From NCBI GenBank assembly GCA_029932385.1, contig JAOZQE010000004.1, positions 1 through 47,870 of the forward strand: a stretch of DNA of 47,870 bases, read 5' to 3'. The DNA is from a bacterium. GTDB taxonomy: Bacteria; Desulfobacterota; Anaeroferrophillalia; Anaeroferrophillales; Tharpellaceae. Each line of letters starts with the position of its first letter. Positions within the stretch are counted from its first letter, which is position 1. The notes beneath the pieces are model-generated. The model was not told the origin of the DNA, ran no database searches, and worked only from the letters and a program-made list of their open reading frames with translations. Below are positions 19,139 to 29,565 of the stretch, piece after piece. Both the position numbers and the translations under genes were made by a program.

Positions 19139-19206
19139 TACAACTTAGGTATGATAATTGCGTTAAATCCCTATTTTTAGTCAGATAAGGTCTCTACTTT
19201 TCCTAT

Positions 19207-20670
19207 ATGTCGATATCTTTAAGCCAGAATGTTCGCCTTATCCAGACCCAGCAGCTGGCTTTAACCCCACAGCTGCAACAGGCAATCAAACTTTTACAAC
19301 TTAATCAGGTAGAACTTCTGGAGATGGTCAACCAGGAGATGGTGACCAATCCGGTTTTAGAGGAAGCCACTGATAAAGGGCTGGAAGAGCGTGAACATAC
19401 AGAACAACAGTTGACCAATCGGGATGAGCAGGCTTTGCGGGAAGGGCTGGATTCGGAAAACCGCCCCGAAATTCGTGAGGCATTGAAAGATGCAGACTGG
19501 CAGCCCTATTTCGAACAACGTGGTATCAGCGGCAGTGGCCGATCCGGTTTCGATGATGATGACCGGCCCGCATGGGATTATAACCTGACCAAACCTCCAA
19601 CCCTGGTTGACCATCTTCTCTGGCAACTTCAGCTTACCCCCCAGTTCAGCGAACAGAGCCAGCGTATCGGTGAATCCATTATCTACAGCTTGGATGAGGA
19701 TGGTTATCTCGAAACCGATTTCACTGAACTCTGCACCCGTCTTGATTGTGACCCGGAGACGGTGGAAAAGGTTCTTCTTAGGATTCAACAGTTCGATCCG
19801 GTTGGAGTTGCGGCCCGTTCTCTTGAGGAGTGCCTGCTCTGTCAGCTGATTCATCAGGGGCTTGACAGCGAGCTGAACTGTCAGATTGTCTCGGGGCACA
19901 TTAGTCAGTTAAAAACCAAAAATTATCGCAAGATTGCCCGTCATTTGCAGGTGGATGAAGAGAAAGTGCTGGTTGCGGTCAAGGAGATCCTCACTTTAGA
20001 CCCTAAACCCGGAGCCCGTTTTCAGGCTGATTCGACTCAGATCGTTGTGCCTGAAGTTTTTGTCCATAAAAGTGAAGGTGTTTACGTTGTCACCTTAAAC
20101 AGTGACCGGCTGCCGAAATTGTCGGTTAACAGTTATTATATGGAGGTTGCCGGTCAGCGTGGCGAGGCCAACAGTCTGACCCGGAACTACCTGACCGAGA
20201 AGATTCGTGCAGCTCAATGGTTGATTAAAAGTATTGAACAGCGACAGAAAACCATATATAAGGTTATGGTGAGTATCGTCAAATTTCAGAGTGATTTTTT
20301 CAGTCAGGGTCCTCACTATCTGAAGCCTTTGGTTCTGCGTGATGTTGCCGATGATATCGAGATGCATGAGTCGACTGTCAGCCGGGTGACTCAGGGTAAA
20401 TACGTGCAGACTTCACATGGAGTCTTTGAGCTTAAATATTTCTTTAACAGCAGCATTAATCAAGGTACAGGTGATATTGCCTCTGCCAGTGTTAAGCGGA
20501 AGATTGTTGAATATATTGAAAATGAGAATGTGGTTGAGCCTTTGAGTGATGATGCTATTGTCAAATTGCTGTTAAAGGATCATGAGATAAAAATTGCCCG
20601 GCGTACGGTCGCCAAGTATCGGAATCAGCTTGGCATTCTGGCTTCGGGCCAACGCAAAAGAATTTTGTAA
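19207..20670 (+). CDS. rpoN: RNA polymerase sigma-54 factor
   Basis: Gln/Leu-rich region I (LTPQLQQAIKLLQL), HTH, and C-terminal RpoN box ARRTVAKYR. Confidence 0.95.
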   Translation: MSISLSQNVRLIQTQQLALTPQLQQAIKLLQLNQVELLEMVNQEMVTNPVLEEATDKGLEEREHTEQQLTNRDEQALREGLDSENRPEIREALKDADWQPYFEQRGISGSGRSGFDDDDRPAWDYNLTKPPTLVDHLLWQLQLTPQFSEQSQRIGESIIYSLDEDGYLETDFTELCTRLDCDPETVEKVLLRIQQFDPVGVAARSLEECLLCQLIHQGLDSELNCQIVSGHISQLKTKNYRKIARHLQVDEEKVLVAVKEILTLDPKPGARFQADSTQIVVPEVFVHKSEGVYVVTLNSDRLPKLSVNSYYMEVAGQRGEANSLTRNYLTEKIRAAQWLIKSIEQRQKTIYKVMVSIVKFQSDFFSQGPHYLKPLVLRDVADDIEMHESTVSRVTQGKYVQTSHGVFELKYFFNSSINQGTGDIASASVKRKIVEYIENENVVEPLSDDAIVKLLLKDHEIKIARRTVAKYRNQLGILASGQRKRIL

Positions 20671-20834
20671 AGGATTACCCTCGAGGTCTCAGCCTTGTAT
20701 CAGTGTTGACTCTGTTTTGATTCCCGGAAAGGATTGCAGTTTTCCGTAAGCAGAATCGAGTTGAAGTTTAATAACTGCCACTGTGAACAAACCGGTTTGT
20801 GCCGGTAAACCATCTAATTAAGGGAGGAAATACG

Positions 20835-21380
20835 ATGCAGATTAACGTTGTCTTTCGTCACATGGATCAGTCGGATGCAGTTAAAGAGTATGCTATTGAG
20901 AAGCTTTCTAAAATAAAAAAATATCTTGATGGTCCGTTGGATGTCAACGTTGTTCTTTCGGTCGAAAAGATTCGTCAGATTGCTGAAGTAACCTTTACGA
21001 TTAGTGGTTTCTTGGTCAAGGGTAAAGAAGAATCGGACGATATGTATGCCGCCATCGATCTGGTTGCCAATAAAATCAGTCGTCAGGTGAAACGTTACAA
21101 AGGCCGTCTGCGGCAGAAAAAGGGTCTGCCCAGTATTGATGAAAGTCTGTCAAGTGTGCCTTACGATGTTTTGAGTGTTGACCACGATCTTGAAGAGTCG
21201 ACTCCGGAACTGATTAAAAAGAGTAATTTCCTGGTCAAGCCCATGAGTCCGGATGAAGCCATCATGCAACTCAACCTGATGGGTAACAGTTTTCATGTTT
21301 TTCGGGACGAATCAAGTGACCGGATTAATGTTGTTTATCGTCGTGATGACGGCCATTACGGCCTGATTGAGCCGCAGTAG
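20835..21380 (+). CDS. hpf: Ribosome hibernation promoting factor (long HPF)
   Basis: MQINVVFRHMDQSDAVKEY N-terminus and a C-terminal dimerisation domain (MSPDEAIMQLNLMGNSFHVFRD). ATG at 20835 follows AGGGAGGA. Confidence 0.9.
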   Translation: MQINVVFRHMDQSDAVKEYAIEKLSKIKKYLDGPLDVNVVLSVEKIRQIAEVTFTISGFLVKGKEESDDMYAAIDLVANKISRQVKRYKGRLRQKKGLPSIDESLSSVPYDVLSVDHDLEESTPELIKKSNFLVKPMSPDEAIMQLNLMGNSFHVFRDESSDRINVVYRRDDGHYGLIEPQ

Positions 21381-21403
21381 CCGCAGTAGAAAAGTAAAAA
21401 AAT

Positions 21404-21865
21404 ATGAAAATTACTGATTTTCTGGTACCCGAACTGGTTGTCGCTGATCTTGAAGCCGTTACTAAAGATGAGGCTTTGCGGTCGCTTGCTGGTCGGGTGG
21501 CAAGTGTGGTTTCTGAACTTGATGCGGCGGATATCCTGGCGGTTATTAAGGAGCGTGAAGCGTTAGGCAGTACTGGTATTGGACACGGCATCGCCATCCC
21601 GCACGGCAAACTGGGCGGCCTTGAAGATATTGTCGTTCTCTTTGCCCGGAGTAAGAAAGGGGTGGAATTCGCAGCTGTGGATGGCAACCCTGTACACCTT
21701 ATTTTTTTGCTGCTGGCCCCGGAAAATTCTGCGGGAACCCATCTGAAAATACTGGCCCGTATCTCGCGGATGTTAAAGAGAGATGAGTTTTGTCATAAAT
21801 TGTTGGAGCTTTCTACGGCCGATGATATTTACACCGTGATCAGATTGGACGATGAGAACTCCTGA
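21404..21865 (+). CDS. ptsN: PTS EIIA-Ntr (nitrogen-regulatory IIA)
   Basis: Active-site region GIGHGIAIPHG, with the conserved position after hpf. Confidence 0.85.
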   Translation: MKITDFLVPELVVADLEAVTKDEALRSLAGRVASVVSELDAADILAVIKEREALGSTGIGHGIAIPHGKLGGLEDIVVLFARSKKGVEFAAVDGNPVHLIFLLLAPENSAGTHLKILARISRMLKRDEFCHKLLELSTADDIYTVIRLDDENS

Positions 21866-22814
21866 TCTGAGAGAGACTTTACGTCTGACAGTTGCCGACC
21901 TGCTTAAGGATGAGGCCCGCGGTCTCTGTCTGAGCCTGCTTTCGGTTGGGGTTGCTTTAGATCGAGAAATAAAAAACTACCGGATTCAGAAGCACGGCCT
22001 GATATTCGCCGGGTTCGAGCAATTTTTTGAGCCGGATAGAATGCAGCTCATGGGAGTGACTGAAGTCGCCTATTTTGAGGCCTTGGACTCTGAGCGCCGG
22101 CTTGAAGTGGTTGATCAGCTTTGTGCTCTGCAGCCTATCTGTATCATCGCCACTCGCGCCTGCGAACCTCCTTTGGAACTGCTTAACCGTTGCAAAGAGT
22201 GTAGAATCCCTCTCCTGCAGAGTACGCTCTCGGTGTCAGCTTTTTTTGATGCTGTGAATCGTTATTTTGAGGATTTTATCAATCCTGAAACCACCATTCA
22301 CGGGGTACTGCTTGATATTCACAGTACCGGAGTTTTACTGGTCGGCAAGAGCGGAGTCGGTAAAAGTGAAGTTGCCCTTGATCTTGTGCAGCGCGGCCAT
22401 CGACTGATTGCCGATGATGTTGTCATTATGCGTTTCCGGCCCCCGGCGACGGTAATCGGTGAAGCCAACGCAATTCTGAAGTTCAATATGGAAATTCGCG
22501 GTCTCGGGATTATCAATATCGAGGATATTTTCGGTGTGACCGCGGTTCGTGAGAGTCAGCGGCTTGATCTGGTGATTGAGCTGATTGCCTGGGATGAGTA
22601 CGATGACAGTAAGCGTTTGAATCTGGATCAGGAAAATTTTCCGATTCTTGGAATTAATATTCCGAAGGCGACAATCCCGGTTAGTCCAGGGCGGAACCTG
22701 GTGACTATTGTTGAAGTTGCGGCCCATACTTTCCGGCTCCGGAAACAGGGTAGAAGGTCGGATTCAAATTTACTGGAAGATCTTTCCCGGCGTCTGAACA
22801 CAGATGGTGATTGA
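21852..22814 (+). CDS. hprK: HPr kinase/phosphorylase, full-length form
   Basis: Walker A GKSGVGKSE, then LIADDVV and the signature EIRGLGIINI. Confidence 0.9.
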   Translation: MRTPDLRETLRLTVADLLKDEARGLCLSLLSVGVALDREIKNYRIQKHGLIFAGFEQFFEPDRMQLMGVTEVAYFEALDSERRLEVVDQLCALQPICIIATRACEPPLELLNRCKECRIPLLQSTLSVSAFFDAVNRYFEDFINPETTIHGVLLDIHSTGVLLVGKSGVGKSEVALDLVQRGHRLIADDVVIMRFRPPATVIGEANAILKFNMEIRGLGIINIEDIFGVTAVRESQRLDLVIELIAWDEYDDSKRLNLDQENFPILGINIPKATIPVSPGRNLVTIVEVAAHTFRLRKQGRRSDSNLLEDLSRRLNTDGD

Positions 22815-22829
22815 TGGGTTGTTAATTAA

Positions 22830-23711
22830 ATGAGTAAGGATCGGAAACAGGCTACGGTGATTATTGTTACCGGCCTTTCCGGAGCCGGCAAGAGCAGCGC
22901 CTTGAAGGTTCTGGAGGACATCGGTTATTTCTGTATTGATAATCTGCCGGTTGCCTTTTTGACAAAATTTATCGAACTCTCCGGAAATTTCTCTCCTTCG
23001 ATAAAGGGTATTGCTCTGGTTATGGATCTTCGTGAGGAGGGTTTTTTAAAGAGCTTCCCCGACCTTTATCGCCGTCTCAAAAACTCATCGGTGTCCCTGG
23101 ATCTGATCTTTCTGGAAGCAGATGATCAGACCCTGATCAAACGCTACAGTGAGACCCGGCGTAAACATCCGGTTTCAATTGCCGGTTCGGTTGCCCGGGC
23201 GGTAGCCCGCGAGCGTGAACTTTTAGTTGAGATTCGGACTCTGGCCAGTTACCGGATCGATAGCAGCAGTTTTACGATTCATCAGTTTAAGGATTATCTG
23301 CGAAAGATTGTTACTGCTGATGCGAGTCAGGAAAGTCTCAATATCTCTCTGCTCTCTTTTGGTTTTCGTAATGGTCTGCCACTGGAAGCAGATATTGTTA
23401 TGGATGTCCGTTTTCTTCCGAATCCATATTTCATTGAGAGCCTGCGTGAGCAGAGCGGGCTTGATCCGGGGGTTAAAGAGTATGTTCTGGGGCACCCTGT
23501 GAGCCGCTCTTTTGTCGATCGATTTCAGGCTCTGTTAAAAATGTTGATTCCCGAATATCTGCGTGAAGGTAAAAGCTATCTGACGGTGGCGATCGGATGT
23601 ACCGGGGGGCAGCACCGCTCAGTTGCAATTGTGAACCATTTAAGCAGTTCACTACAAGAGGATGGCTATGAAATTTCAATCAGCCATCGAGACATTAAAA
23701 AATATGATTAA
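22830..23711 (+). CDS. rapZ: RNase adapter protein RapZ (YhbJ family P-loop protein)
   Basis: VTGLSGAGKSSALKVLEDIGYFCIDNLP N-terminus and C-terminal AIGCTGGQHRSV. Confidence 0.9.
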   Translation: MSKDRKQATVIIVTGLSGAGKSSALKVLEDIGYFCIDNLPVAFLTKFIELSGNFSPSIKGIALVMDLREEGFLKSFPDLYRRLKNSSVSLDLIFLEADDQTLIKRYSETRRKHPVSIAGSVARAVARERELLVEIRTLASYRIDSSSFTIHQFKDYLRKIVTADASQESLNISLLSFGFRNGLPLEADIVMDVRFLPNPYFIESLREQSGLDPGVKEYVLGHPVSRSFVDRFQALLKMLIPEYLREGKSYLTVAIGCTGGQHRSVAIVNHLSSSLQEDGYEISISHRDIKKYD

Positions 23712-24111
23712 AACGATTATCGTAACGCATCACACTTTAGCTGACAATCTAATTGAAACAGCTGAAATCATTGTTGGTCAATGTGAACACCTGACTGGTA
23801 TCGGCATCGCTACAAACAGTGATATTGAGACGGTTCGCAAACGTCTGGTCGAGATGATTAAAAAATTTAAGAAAGATGGGCATAAAATTTTGATCCTGAC
23901 TGATATGTTTGGCGGCACTCCCTCTAATATATGTCTCGCCCTCTATGAACCGGAAAAGGTTGAGATTGTTTCCGGAGTCAATCTGCCGATTGTCTTAAAA
24001 CTGGCCAGTTGGATTAAAGAGGAAGACCAGAATCTGAAAGAGGTTGCGGCGAAAATAACCGAGTGCGGCCGTAAGAACATCTTTACTGCAGCTGAGTTTC
24101 TGGATTTATGA
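23704..24111 (+). CDS. PTS mannose-family EIIA component
   Basis: IIVTHHTLA (His phosphorylation site) and TDMFGGTPSN. ATG at 23704 overlaps the rapZ stop by 8 nt. Confidence 0.8.
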   Translation: MIKTIIVTHHTLADNLIETAEIIVGQCEHLTGIGIATNSDIETVRKRLVEMIKKFKKDGHKILILTDMFGGTPSNICLALYEPEKVEIVSGVNLPIVLKLASWIKEEDQNLKEVAAKITECGRKNIFTAAEFLDL

Positions 24112-24602
24112 AGCAGGTACTGTTTCGGGTTGATGACCGCCTGATTCATGGTCAGATTATTGCCGCCTGGGTGCCCTATATCCGGGCCACCCGCATTATT
24201 GTGGCTGATGATCAGCTGCCGCAGAATGAGATGCTTTCCAAAATTTTACGGCTTGCGGCCCCGACTAATATACGGGTTGAGATTTTGCCCGTACGTCAGG
24301 CGGTGGCTTTGATCGAACAGCAGCGTTCCGGTCCCGGTCTTTTGACGATCATGCTTTTTGCCGGTCTCGATAAGGTGGTGCAGGCGCTGGCCGTTGGATT
24401 AACGCTGACCGAGTTAAATGTCGGCAATATCCGGAATGCACCCGGCAAGTTACAAGTTTCTGATTCAGTTTCGCTGGATCGGAAAGAGATTGAGGATCTA
24501 AAGGTGTTGCAGAACCAGGAGATACAGGTCTCTATCCAGCCGGTGCCGACCGCGCCGGTCATTGACCTGATGGCCCTGTTGCAGCGCAAAGGGCTGTTGT
24601 AA
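24108..24602 (+). CDS. PTS mannose-family EIIB component
   Basis: FRVDDRLIHGQI active-site His motif. ATGA overlap with IIA. Confidence 0.8.
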   Translation: MKQVLFRVDDRLIHGQIIAAWVPYIRATRIIVADDQLPQNEMLSKILRLAAPTNIRVEILPVRQAVALIEQQRSGPGLLTIMLFAGLDKVVQALAVGLTLTELNVGNIRNAPGKLQVSDSVSLDRKEIEDLKVLQNQEIQVSIQPVPTAPVIDLMALLQRKGLL

Positions 24603-24607
24603 GGTTT

Positions 24608-25330
24608 ATGGGGCTCGATTTTTCATCAGTTATCTGGTTGACAGCTAAAGTCTCATTGCTTGGGGCGTTCTGCGCGCTTGACCGAACTGCGTTTTTACAG
24701 ATGATGCTTTCGCGGCCTCTGGTTGCGGCGACGTTCGCCGGGGCTCTGGCGGGAAACTGGGAGATCGGTTTACTGATTGGGGTCATGCTTGAACTCTGTT
24801 TTTTAAGTGAAATGCCGGTCGGTACGACGATTCCGACCGATGATACACTGCTGGCACTGGCTGCCGGCGGGGCCGGGGCCGGTTTGAGCGGCCTGCCGCA
24901 GTATGCGGATCAGACCTTAACGTTGGCTCTCGTAGTTTTGCTAAGTACGCTGCCGTGGTCTGCATTCACCCGTAAAGTTGACGGCTGGGTCAGGGTCAGG
25001 AATGCGCAGTTGATTGATGAGGTCGAAACTGCTCTGCTGGCCGGTCACAGTCTGGATGGGAGTGAAAAAGTTGCCATCAATTTTCATCTCCATGGTCTGT
25101 TGAACTTTTACGGTGCCGCCGTAGTTGCCGTTGCTTTGATGATGTTAAGTTCGTTGCTGGTGGCACCATTGCTGCTGTTTCTGGTGCCAGACTGGAGTCG
25201 GCCGGTAACTGATCGTCTGCTTTTTATCTTTCCCGTGATCGGGATTACCGGTTTACTCAGTAACATGAATCACAAACGACAACTGGCCGTTTTTGCCGGG
25301 GTGGCAGCCGTGCTTCTGTTTTTTATTTAA
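24608..25330 (+). CDS. PTS mannose-family EIIC membrane component
   Basis: Polytopic membrane protein; the N-terminal LGAFCALDRTAFLQMMLSRPLV resembles ManY-type IIC. Position between IIB and IID. Confidence 0.7.
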   Translation: MGLDFSSVIWLTAKVSLLGAFCALDRTAFLQMMLSRPLVAATFAGALAGNWEIGLLIGVMLELCFLSEMPVGTTIPTDDTLLALAAGGAGAGLSGLPQYADQTLTLALVVLLSTLPWSAFTRKVDGWVRVRNAQLIDEVETALLAGHSLDGSEKVAINFHLHGLLNFYGAAVVAVALMMLSSLLVAPLLLFLVPDWSRPVTDRLLFIFPVIGITGLLSNMNHKRQLAVFAGVAAVLLFFI

Positions 25331-25345
25331 GTAAGGTTTTTTAGC

Positions 25346-26053
25346 ATGCGATTGGAAAACCAAATTTTTCTGCGGAGTCTTTGCTGGCAATGTTCGTGGA
25401 GCTTTACCCGGATGCAGTGTCTGGGACTGGCTTATGCGATCTATCCTCTATTGAAAAAACTCTACGGTAAAAATCCGCTCCAATTGACCCGCAGAACCCG
25501 TTGCTATCTGAACTGTTTCAACTCCAATCCCTACCTGGCTGCCGGGATCTTGGGTTTTCTGGTACATATGGAGAGTCAGGGTGAAGCGATGGGTGACCAG
25601 GGACTCAGTTTGAGTTCCAGTCTCTCTGCTCTCTACGGTGCAGTAGGAGATAACTTTTTCTGGAACGGTCTTAAGCCTATGACCTCGGCGCTTGCGGTGA
25701 TGATTTTTTTCTGGAGTCCGGGGCTTAAGGCGTTGCTGTTTCTATTGCTTTTTTACAACCTGGTGCATATCTGTATTCGCTATACCGTCTATCTTTATGG
25801 TGTTCATCGCGGTATCGGGGTACTTGAAAAAATTGACAGTTGGCGCTTACCGCTGGTGCGGGATATTATGGAGTATATTACGACTGTATCACTGGCGGTC
25901 ACGGCTTTTCTTATGGTGGACTATTTCAATGTAAAGAGCCGGCTGGGTGCGGGGCTCTTTTATTTGTTGATACTGCTGCTGATCGCCGGTCTCTGGTGGT
26001 ATAAGAAAACCGGTTGCAAAGGTTTTTTTATTAAAAAGAGTGAATTAATCTGA
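25346..26053 (+). CDS. PTS mannose-family EIID membrane component
   Basis: FLRSLCWQCSWSFTRMQCLGLAYAIYPLLKKLY matches the IID N-terminal amphipathic signature. At 235 aa it is rather short for IID. Confidence 0.7.
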   Translation: MRLENQIFLRSLCWQCSWSFTRMQCLGLAYAIYPLLKKLYGKNPLQLTRRTRCYLNCFNSNPYLAAGILGFLVHMESQGEAMGDQGLSLSSSLSALYGAVGDNFFWNGLKPMTSALAVMIFFWSPGLKALLFLLLFYNLVHICIRYTVYLYGVHRGIGVLEKIDSWRLPLVRDIMEYITTVSLAVTAFLMVDYFNVKSRLGAGLFYLLILLLIAGLWWYKKTGCKGFFIKKSELI

Positions 26054-26072
26054 CAGGGAAAATAAACTTAAA

Positions 26073-26351
26073 ATGGCTAAAAGAGAATTTACAATAGTAA
26101 ATAAACTTGGTCTCCATGCTCGGGCCGCTGCAGTTTTGGTTCAGTTGGCTGGAACTTTTACCTCTGAGGTTACAGTCATCAAAGAGGGGCTTACAGTTAA
26201 CGGTAAGAGTATCATGGGAGTTCTGATGCTGGCTGCGGCCCGTGACAGCACGATAGTCGTCGAGACTGTTGGTGCGGATGAAGATGCGGCTCTTAGCGCT
26301 CTGGGCAAACTTATTGAAAGTGGCTTTGGTGAATTGGATGGTGAATCATAA
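26073..26351 (+). CDS. ptsH: Phosphocarrier protein HPr
   Basis: His15 region NKLGLHARAA and Ser46 region NGKSIMGV are both present. Confidence 0.9.
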   Translation: MAKREFTIVNKLGLHARAAAVLVQLAGTFTSEVTVIKEGLTVNGKSIMGVLMLAAARDSTIVVETVGADEDAALSALGKLIESGFGELDGES

Positions 26352-28153
26352 TGGCTGAAAACGGGGGAATGCCTCAGGCCTTAGGCAGTATTTTAAACGG
26401 AATTGGTGTGTCACCGGGAATTGCCATCGGTCGGGCTTTCCTGCTTGACCGGGCAAAACTGAAGCCGCGGGGTGAAAAGATCTCCAGTAATCAGGTGGTG
26501 CCGGAGGTTGAACGCTTTCTGGAGGCGGTTGATGGTGCCCGGATAGAATTGGAACAGATCAAAGCGAAGACTCTGAAAAACGGCAGTGTCGAGGTAGCCG
26601 GTCAGCATAATTATATCTTTGATGTTCATCTGCTGATGCTCAAAGACAAAATGTTGATTGATGATACGGTGACTTTGATCAAAGAGAAAAAAATCAACGC
26701 CGAGTGGGCTTTGAATCTCAACAGTGAGAAGATAGTAAACTTTTTCAAACAGATGCAGGACTCCTACCTTCGAGAAAGACAGAGTGATGTGGCTCATGTC
26801 AGTGAGTTGATTTTAAGACACCTGAGTAAAAGTGAATATGACAGTATCGAGAAGATCAGTCGAGGCGTAATAATCGTTGCCCATGATTTGTCCCCGGCCG
26901 ATACATTGCAGCTTGATCCCAACCGGGTCAAAGCTTTCGTAACTGATCTCGGAGGGCGGACTTCGCATACTGCGATTGTCGCCCGTTCGATCGAGATCCC
27001 CGCAGTGGTCGGTTCTGAGTATGCGACCGAGAAGATTAACGGTGGTGACCGTCTGATAGTTGATGGTATCGAGGGTAAAGTTATTGTCAATCCCTCGCGG
27101 GCACAGCTGGTTACGTATCAGGAAAAAAGAATACAGTACGATCAGTTTCAGGCCCATCTGATTCTAAATAGAGACCTGCCGGCGGAAACAACCGATGGTT
27201 TTCGGGTCGCTCTGGCCGGTAATATTGAGACTCCGGAAGAAACCGAGTCAATCATTGCCCACGGGGCCACCAATATCGGTCTCTACCGAACGGAATTTCT
27301 TTTTCTTAACCGCAACAACCTGCCCAGTGAAGAAGAGCATTTTTTAACCTATAAGAAAGTTGTCGAATCACTGCCTCCGGAAAGTAAGACCACGATTAGA
27401 ACCTTCGACCTGGGGGCAGATAAGATTGCGGAATCGGAACAGTTTCACGAGGACAGCATCAATCCGGCTCTGGGTCTACGGGGGATACGGCTCTGTTTGA
27501 ATCATCAAGAGATTTTCGTGACCCAGATTCGGGGCATTCTGAGGGCCAGTCACTATGGGCGGCTCAAGATAATGCTGCCGATGGTTTCGGGGCTTAAGGA
27601 GTTGCGACAGGCGAAGGCAATTATCGCGGAGGCCAAGGCAGGTTTGGAGCATGAAGGGGTTTCGTTTGATCATGAAATTCCGGTAGGAATTATGATCGAA
27701 GTACCTTCGGCGGCGATTATCTCCGACCAGCTTGCCCGCGAAGTCGACTTCTTCAGTATCGGCACCAACGACCTGATTCAGTATACTCTGGCTCTGGATC
27801 GCAGCAATGAACATGTTTCCTATCTTTATGAACCGTTGCATCCGGCTATCTTGCGGCTATTGCATCAGATTATAACTAATGCTAAAGAGGCTGAAATCCC
27901 GGTCAGTATCTGTGGCGAAATGGCCGGAGAGCCGCTTTACACCCTGATTCTGCTGGGTCTCGGTCTTGATAAACTCAGTATGAACGCGATCTCGATTCCT
28001 CATATAAAGCAGATCATCCGCCAGAGTACTTTTGCGGAAGCCCGGGAAATGCTGGCGCAGTCATTGCTAATGGAAACTGCGGCTGATGTCGAAAGCTATG
28101 TGGCTAAAGAGATGAACCAGCGTTTTCCTGAAACCTTTTTGATGAAAATGTAA
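26351..28153 (+). CDS. ptsI: PTS enzyme I (phosphoenolpyruvate-protein phosphotransferase), no GAF domain
   Basis: Phospho-His region [13 protein letters not shown] and PEP-utilising signature [15 protein letters not shown]. One-nt overlap (TAATG) with ptsH. Confidence 0.9.
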   Translation: MAENGGMPQALGSILNGIGVSPGIAIGRAFLLDRAKLKPRGEKISSNQVVPEVERFLEAVDGARIELEQIKAKTLKNGSVEVAGQHNYIFDVHLLMLKDKMLIDDTVTLIKEKKINAEWALNLNSEKIVNFFKQMQDSYLRERQSDVAHVSELILRHLSKSEYDSIEKISRGVIIVAHDLSPADTLQLDPNRVKAFVTDLGGRTSHTAIVARSIEIPAVVGSEYATEKINGGDRLIVDGIEGKVIVNPSRAQLVTYQEKRIQYDQFQAHLILNRDLPAETTDGFRVALAGNIETPEETESIIAHGATNIGLYRTEFLFLNRNNLPSEEEHFLTYKKVVESLPPESKTTIRTFDLGADKIAESEQFHEDSINPALGLRGIRLCLNHQEIFVTQIRGILRASHYGRLKIMLPMVSGLKELRQAKAIIAEAKAGLEHEGVSFDHEIPVGIMIEVPSAAIISDQLAREVDFFSIGTNDLIQYTLALDRSNEHVSYLYEPLHPAILRLLHQIITNAKEAEIPVSICGEMAGEPLYTLILLGLGLDKLSMNAISIPHIKQIIRQSTFAEAREMLAQSLLMETAADVESYVAKEMNQRFPETFLMKM

Positions 28154-28187
28154 AAAACTTTTTAATTTAATTACGGAGCACAAAGTT

Positions 28188-29354
28188 ATGTCAACGAAAG
28201 ATTATCTGTTCAGTTCTGAGTCGGTAACCGAGGGCCATCCTGACAAGGTTGCGGATCAGATATCGGATGCAATTTTAGACAGTATCATGAGTCATGATCG
28301 TAATTGCCGGGTCGCCTGTGAAACGATGGTGACGACCGGTATGGCTGTGGTCGCCGGAGAGATTACTACTGATTGTTATGTCGATATCCCGGCAATTGTC
28401 AGATCGACGATCAAAGGGATTGGTTATAACGATTCGGCGATGGGTTTTGACTGGGAGACCTGTGCTGTTTTGACGAGTATCGACAAACAGTCACCCGATA
28501 TCTCACAGGGGGTGACTGCCGGTGAAGGCCTGCATAAAGAGCAGGGTGCCGGCGATCAGGGCCTGATGTTCGGTTATGCCAGCAATGATACCGAAGAGTT
28601 GATGCCGATGCCGATAACCTTCGCCCATCGGCTGACCCGGGAACTTTCGCGAGTGCGCAAAAACGGGAAGCTTGATTTTCTGCGCCCGGATGGTAAATCT
28701 CAGGTTACAATCGAGTACGAGAATTTTCTTCCTAAAAGAATTGATACAGTAGTTGTCTCGAGTCAGCACACACCTGAGGTTAGTCACGAACAGCTTAAGG
28801 ATGCAATTATTGAAGAAGTTATTAAAAAGGTGCTGCCGGCCGATATGGTCGATGCCAAAACTAAATTTCTGGTTAACCCGACTGGTCGTTTCGTCGTTGG
28901 CGGGCCGATGGGAGATTGCGGTTTGACCGGGCGTAAGATTATTGTTGATACTTATGGCGGTAAGGGTGGTCACGGCGGTGGTTGTTTTTCCGGCAAGGAC
29001 CCCAGCAAAGTTGACCGCAGTGCCTCGTATCTGGCGCGCTATATTGCGAAAAATCTGGTTGCTGCCGGGCTTGCAGCCAAATGTGAAGTCCAGCTCGCCT
29101 ACGCGATCGGGGTGGCCGAGCCGATCAGTGTTATGGTTAACAGTTTCGGAACGGGGAAACTGCCGTCGGAGCGTCTGGCCAAGTTGGTACGAAAACATTT
29201 TCAGCTGCGGCCGGCAGGTATTATTGAAAGTCTTGATCTTCTGCGGCCGATATATCAGCAGACTGCCGCCTATGGGCATTTTGGTCGTAATGAACCGGGA
29301 TTTTCCTGGGAGAAAACTGATCTTGCCGAAACATTGCAGGGTGCGTTGAAGTAG
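28188..29354 (+). CDS. metK: S-adenosylmethionine synthetase
   Basis: [36 protein letters not shown] and [16 protein letters not shown] motifs. Confidence 0.95.
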   Translation: MSTKDYLFSSESVTEGHPDKVADQISDAILDSIMSHDRNCRVACETMVTTGMAVVAGEITTDCYVDIPAIVRSTIKGIGYNDSAMGFDWETCAVLTSIDKQSPDISQGVTAGEGLHKEQGAGDQGLMFGYASNDTEELMPMPITFAHRLTRELSRVRKNGKLDFLRPDGKSQVTIEYENFLPKRIDTVVVSSQHTPEVSHEQLKDAIIEEVIKKVLPADMVDAKTKFLVNPTGRFVVGGPMGDCGLTGRKIIVDTYGGKGGHGGGCFSGKDPSKVDRSASYLARYIAKNLVAAGLAAKCEVQLAYAIGVAEPISVMVNSFGTGKLPSERLAKLVRKHFQLRPAGIIESLDLLRPIYQQTAAYGHFGRNEPGFSWEKTDLAETLQGALK

Positions 29355-29416
29355 AAGTTTGATTACTAAAGAGATTGAATTGTGACAATGCTTGTGCTAG
29401 TTAGCCCCGCTATAAT

Positions 29417-29507
29417 GGAGAGATGGCCGAGAGGTCGAAGGCGGTAGACTCGAAATCTATTGTGGGCTTTGCGCTCACCCGGGGTTCGAATCCCCGTCTC
29501 TCCGCCA
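29417..29507 (+). tRNA. tRNA-Ser (anticodon CGA), CCA encoded
   Basis: Hand-folded cloverleaf: acceptor GGAGAGA/TCTCTCC, D stem GCC/GGC, anticodon stem GTAGA/TCTAT with loop CT-CGA-AA, a long variable arm (class II), T arm CGGGG-TTCGAAT-CCCCG, discriminator G, CCA. Confidence 0.9.
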
Positions 29508-29513
29508 GCAATA

Positions 29514-29565
29514 AAAAGCTCCTTGAAGAAAAAGGTTATGAACCCTGCTCTTCAAGGAGCTTTTT
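29514..29565 (+). terminator. Rho-independent terminator after tRNA-Ser
   Basis: AAAAAGCTCCTTGAAGA ... TCTTCAAGGAGCTTTTT: a stem of about 12 bp flanked by an A-run and a T5 run. Confidence 0.8.

Noticed and set aside
28503-29279. 258-aa ORF antisense to metK, and similar long antisense or off-frame ORFs (for example 11110-11703, 19357-19899, 33134-33742, 36987-37586, 39982-40452, 46328-47134, 46525-47085)
   Set aside because: All lie wholly inside genes whose sense-strand products carry unmistakable family motifs. Their translations are low-complexity (R/P/G/N-rich) with no recognisable domains or RBS, as is typical of shadow ORFs.
29411-29416. TATAAT hexamer directly abutting the 5' end of tRNA-Ser as its promoter -10
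   Set aside because: A -10 box ending one nt before the mature 5' end would put the TSS inside the tRNA, and no acceptable -35 lies at 16-18 nt spacing. The tRNA is more likely co-transcribed with metK or from a promoter I cannot see.
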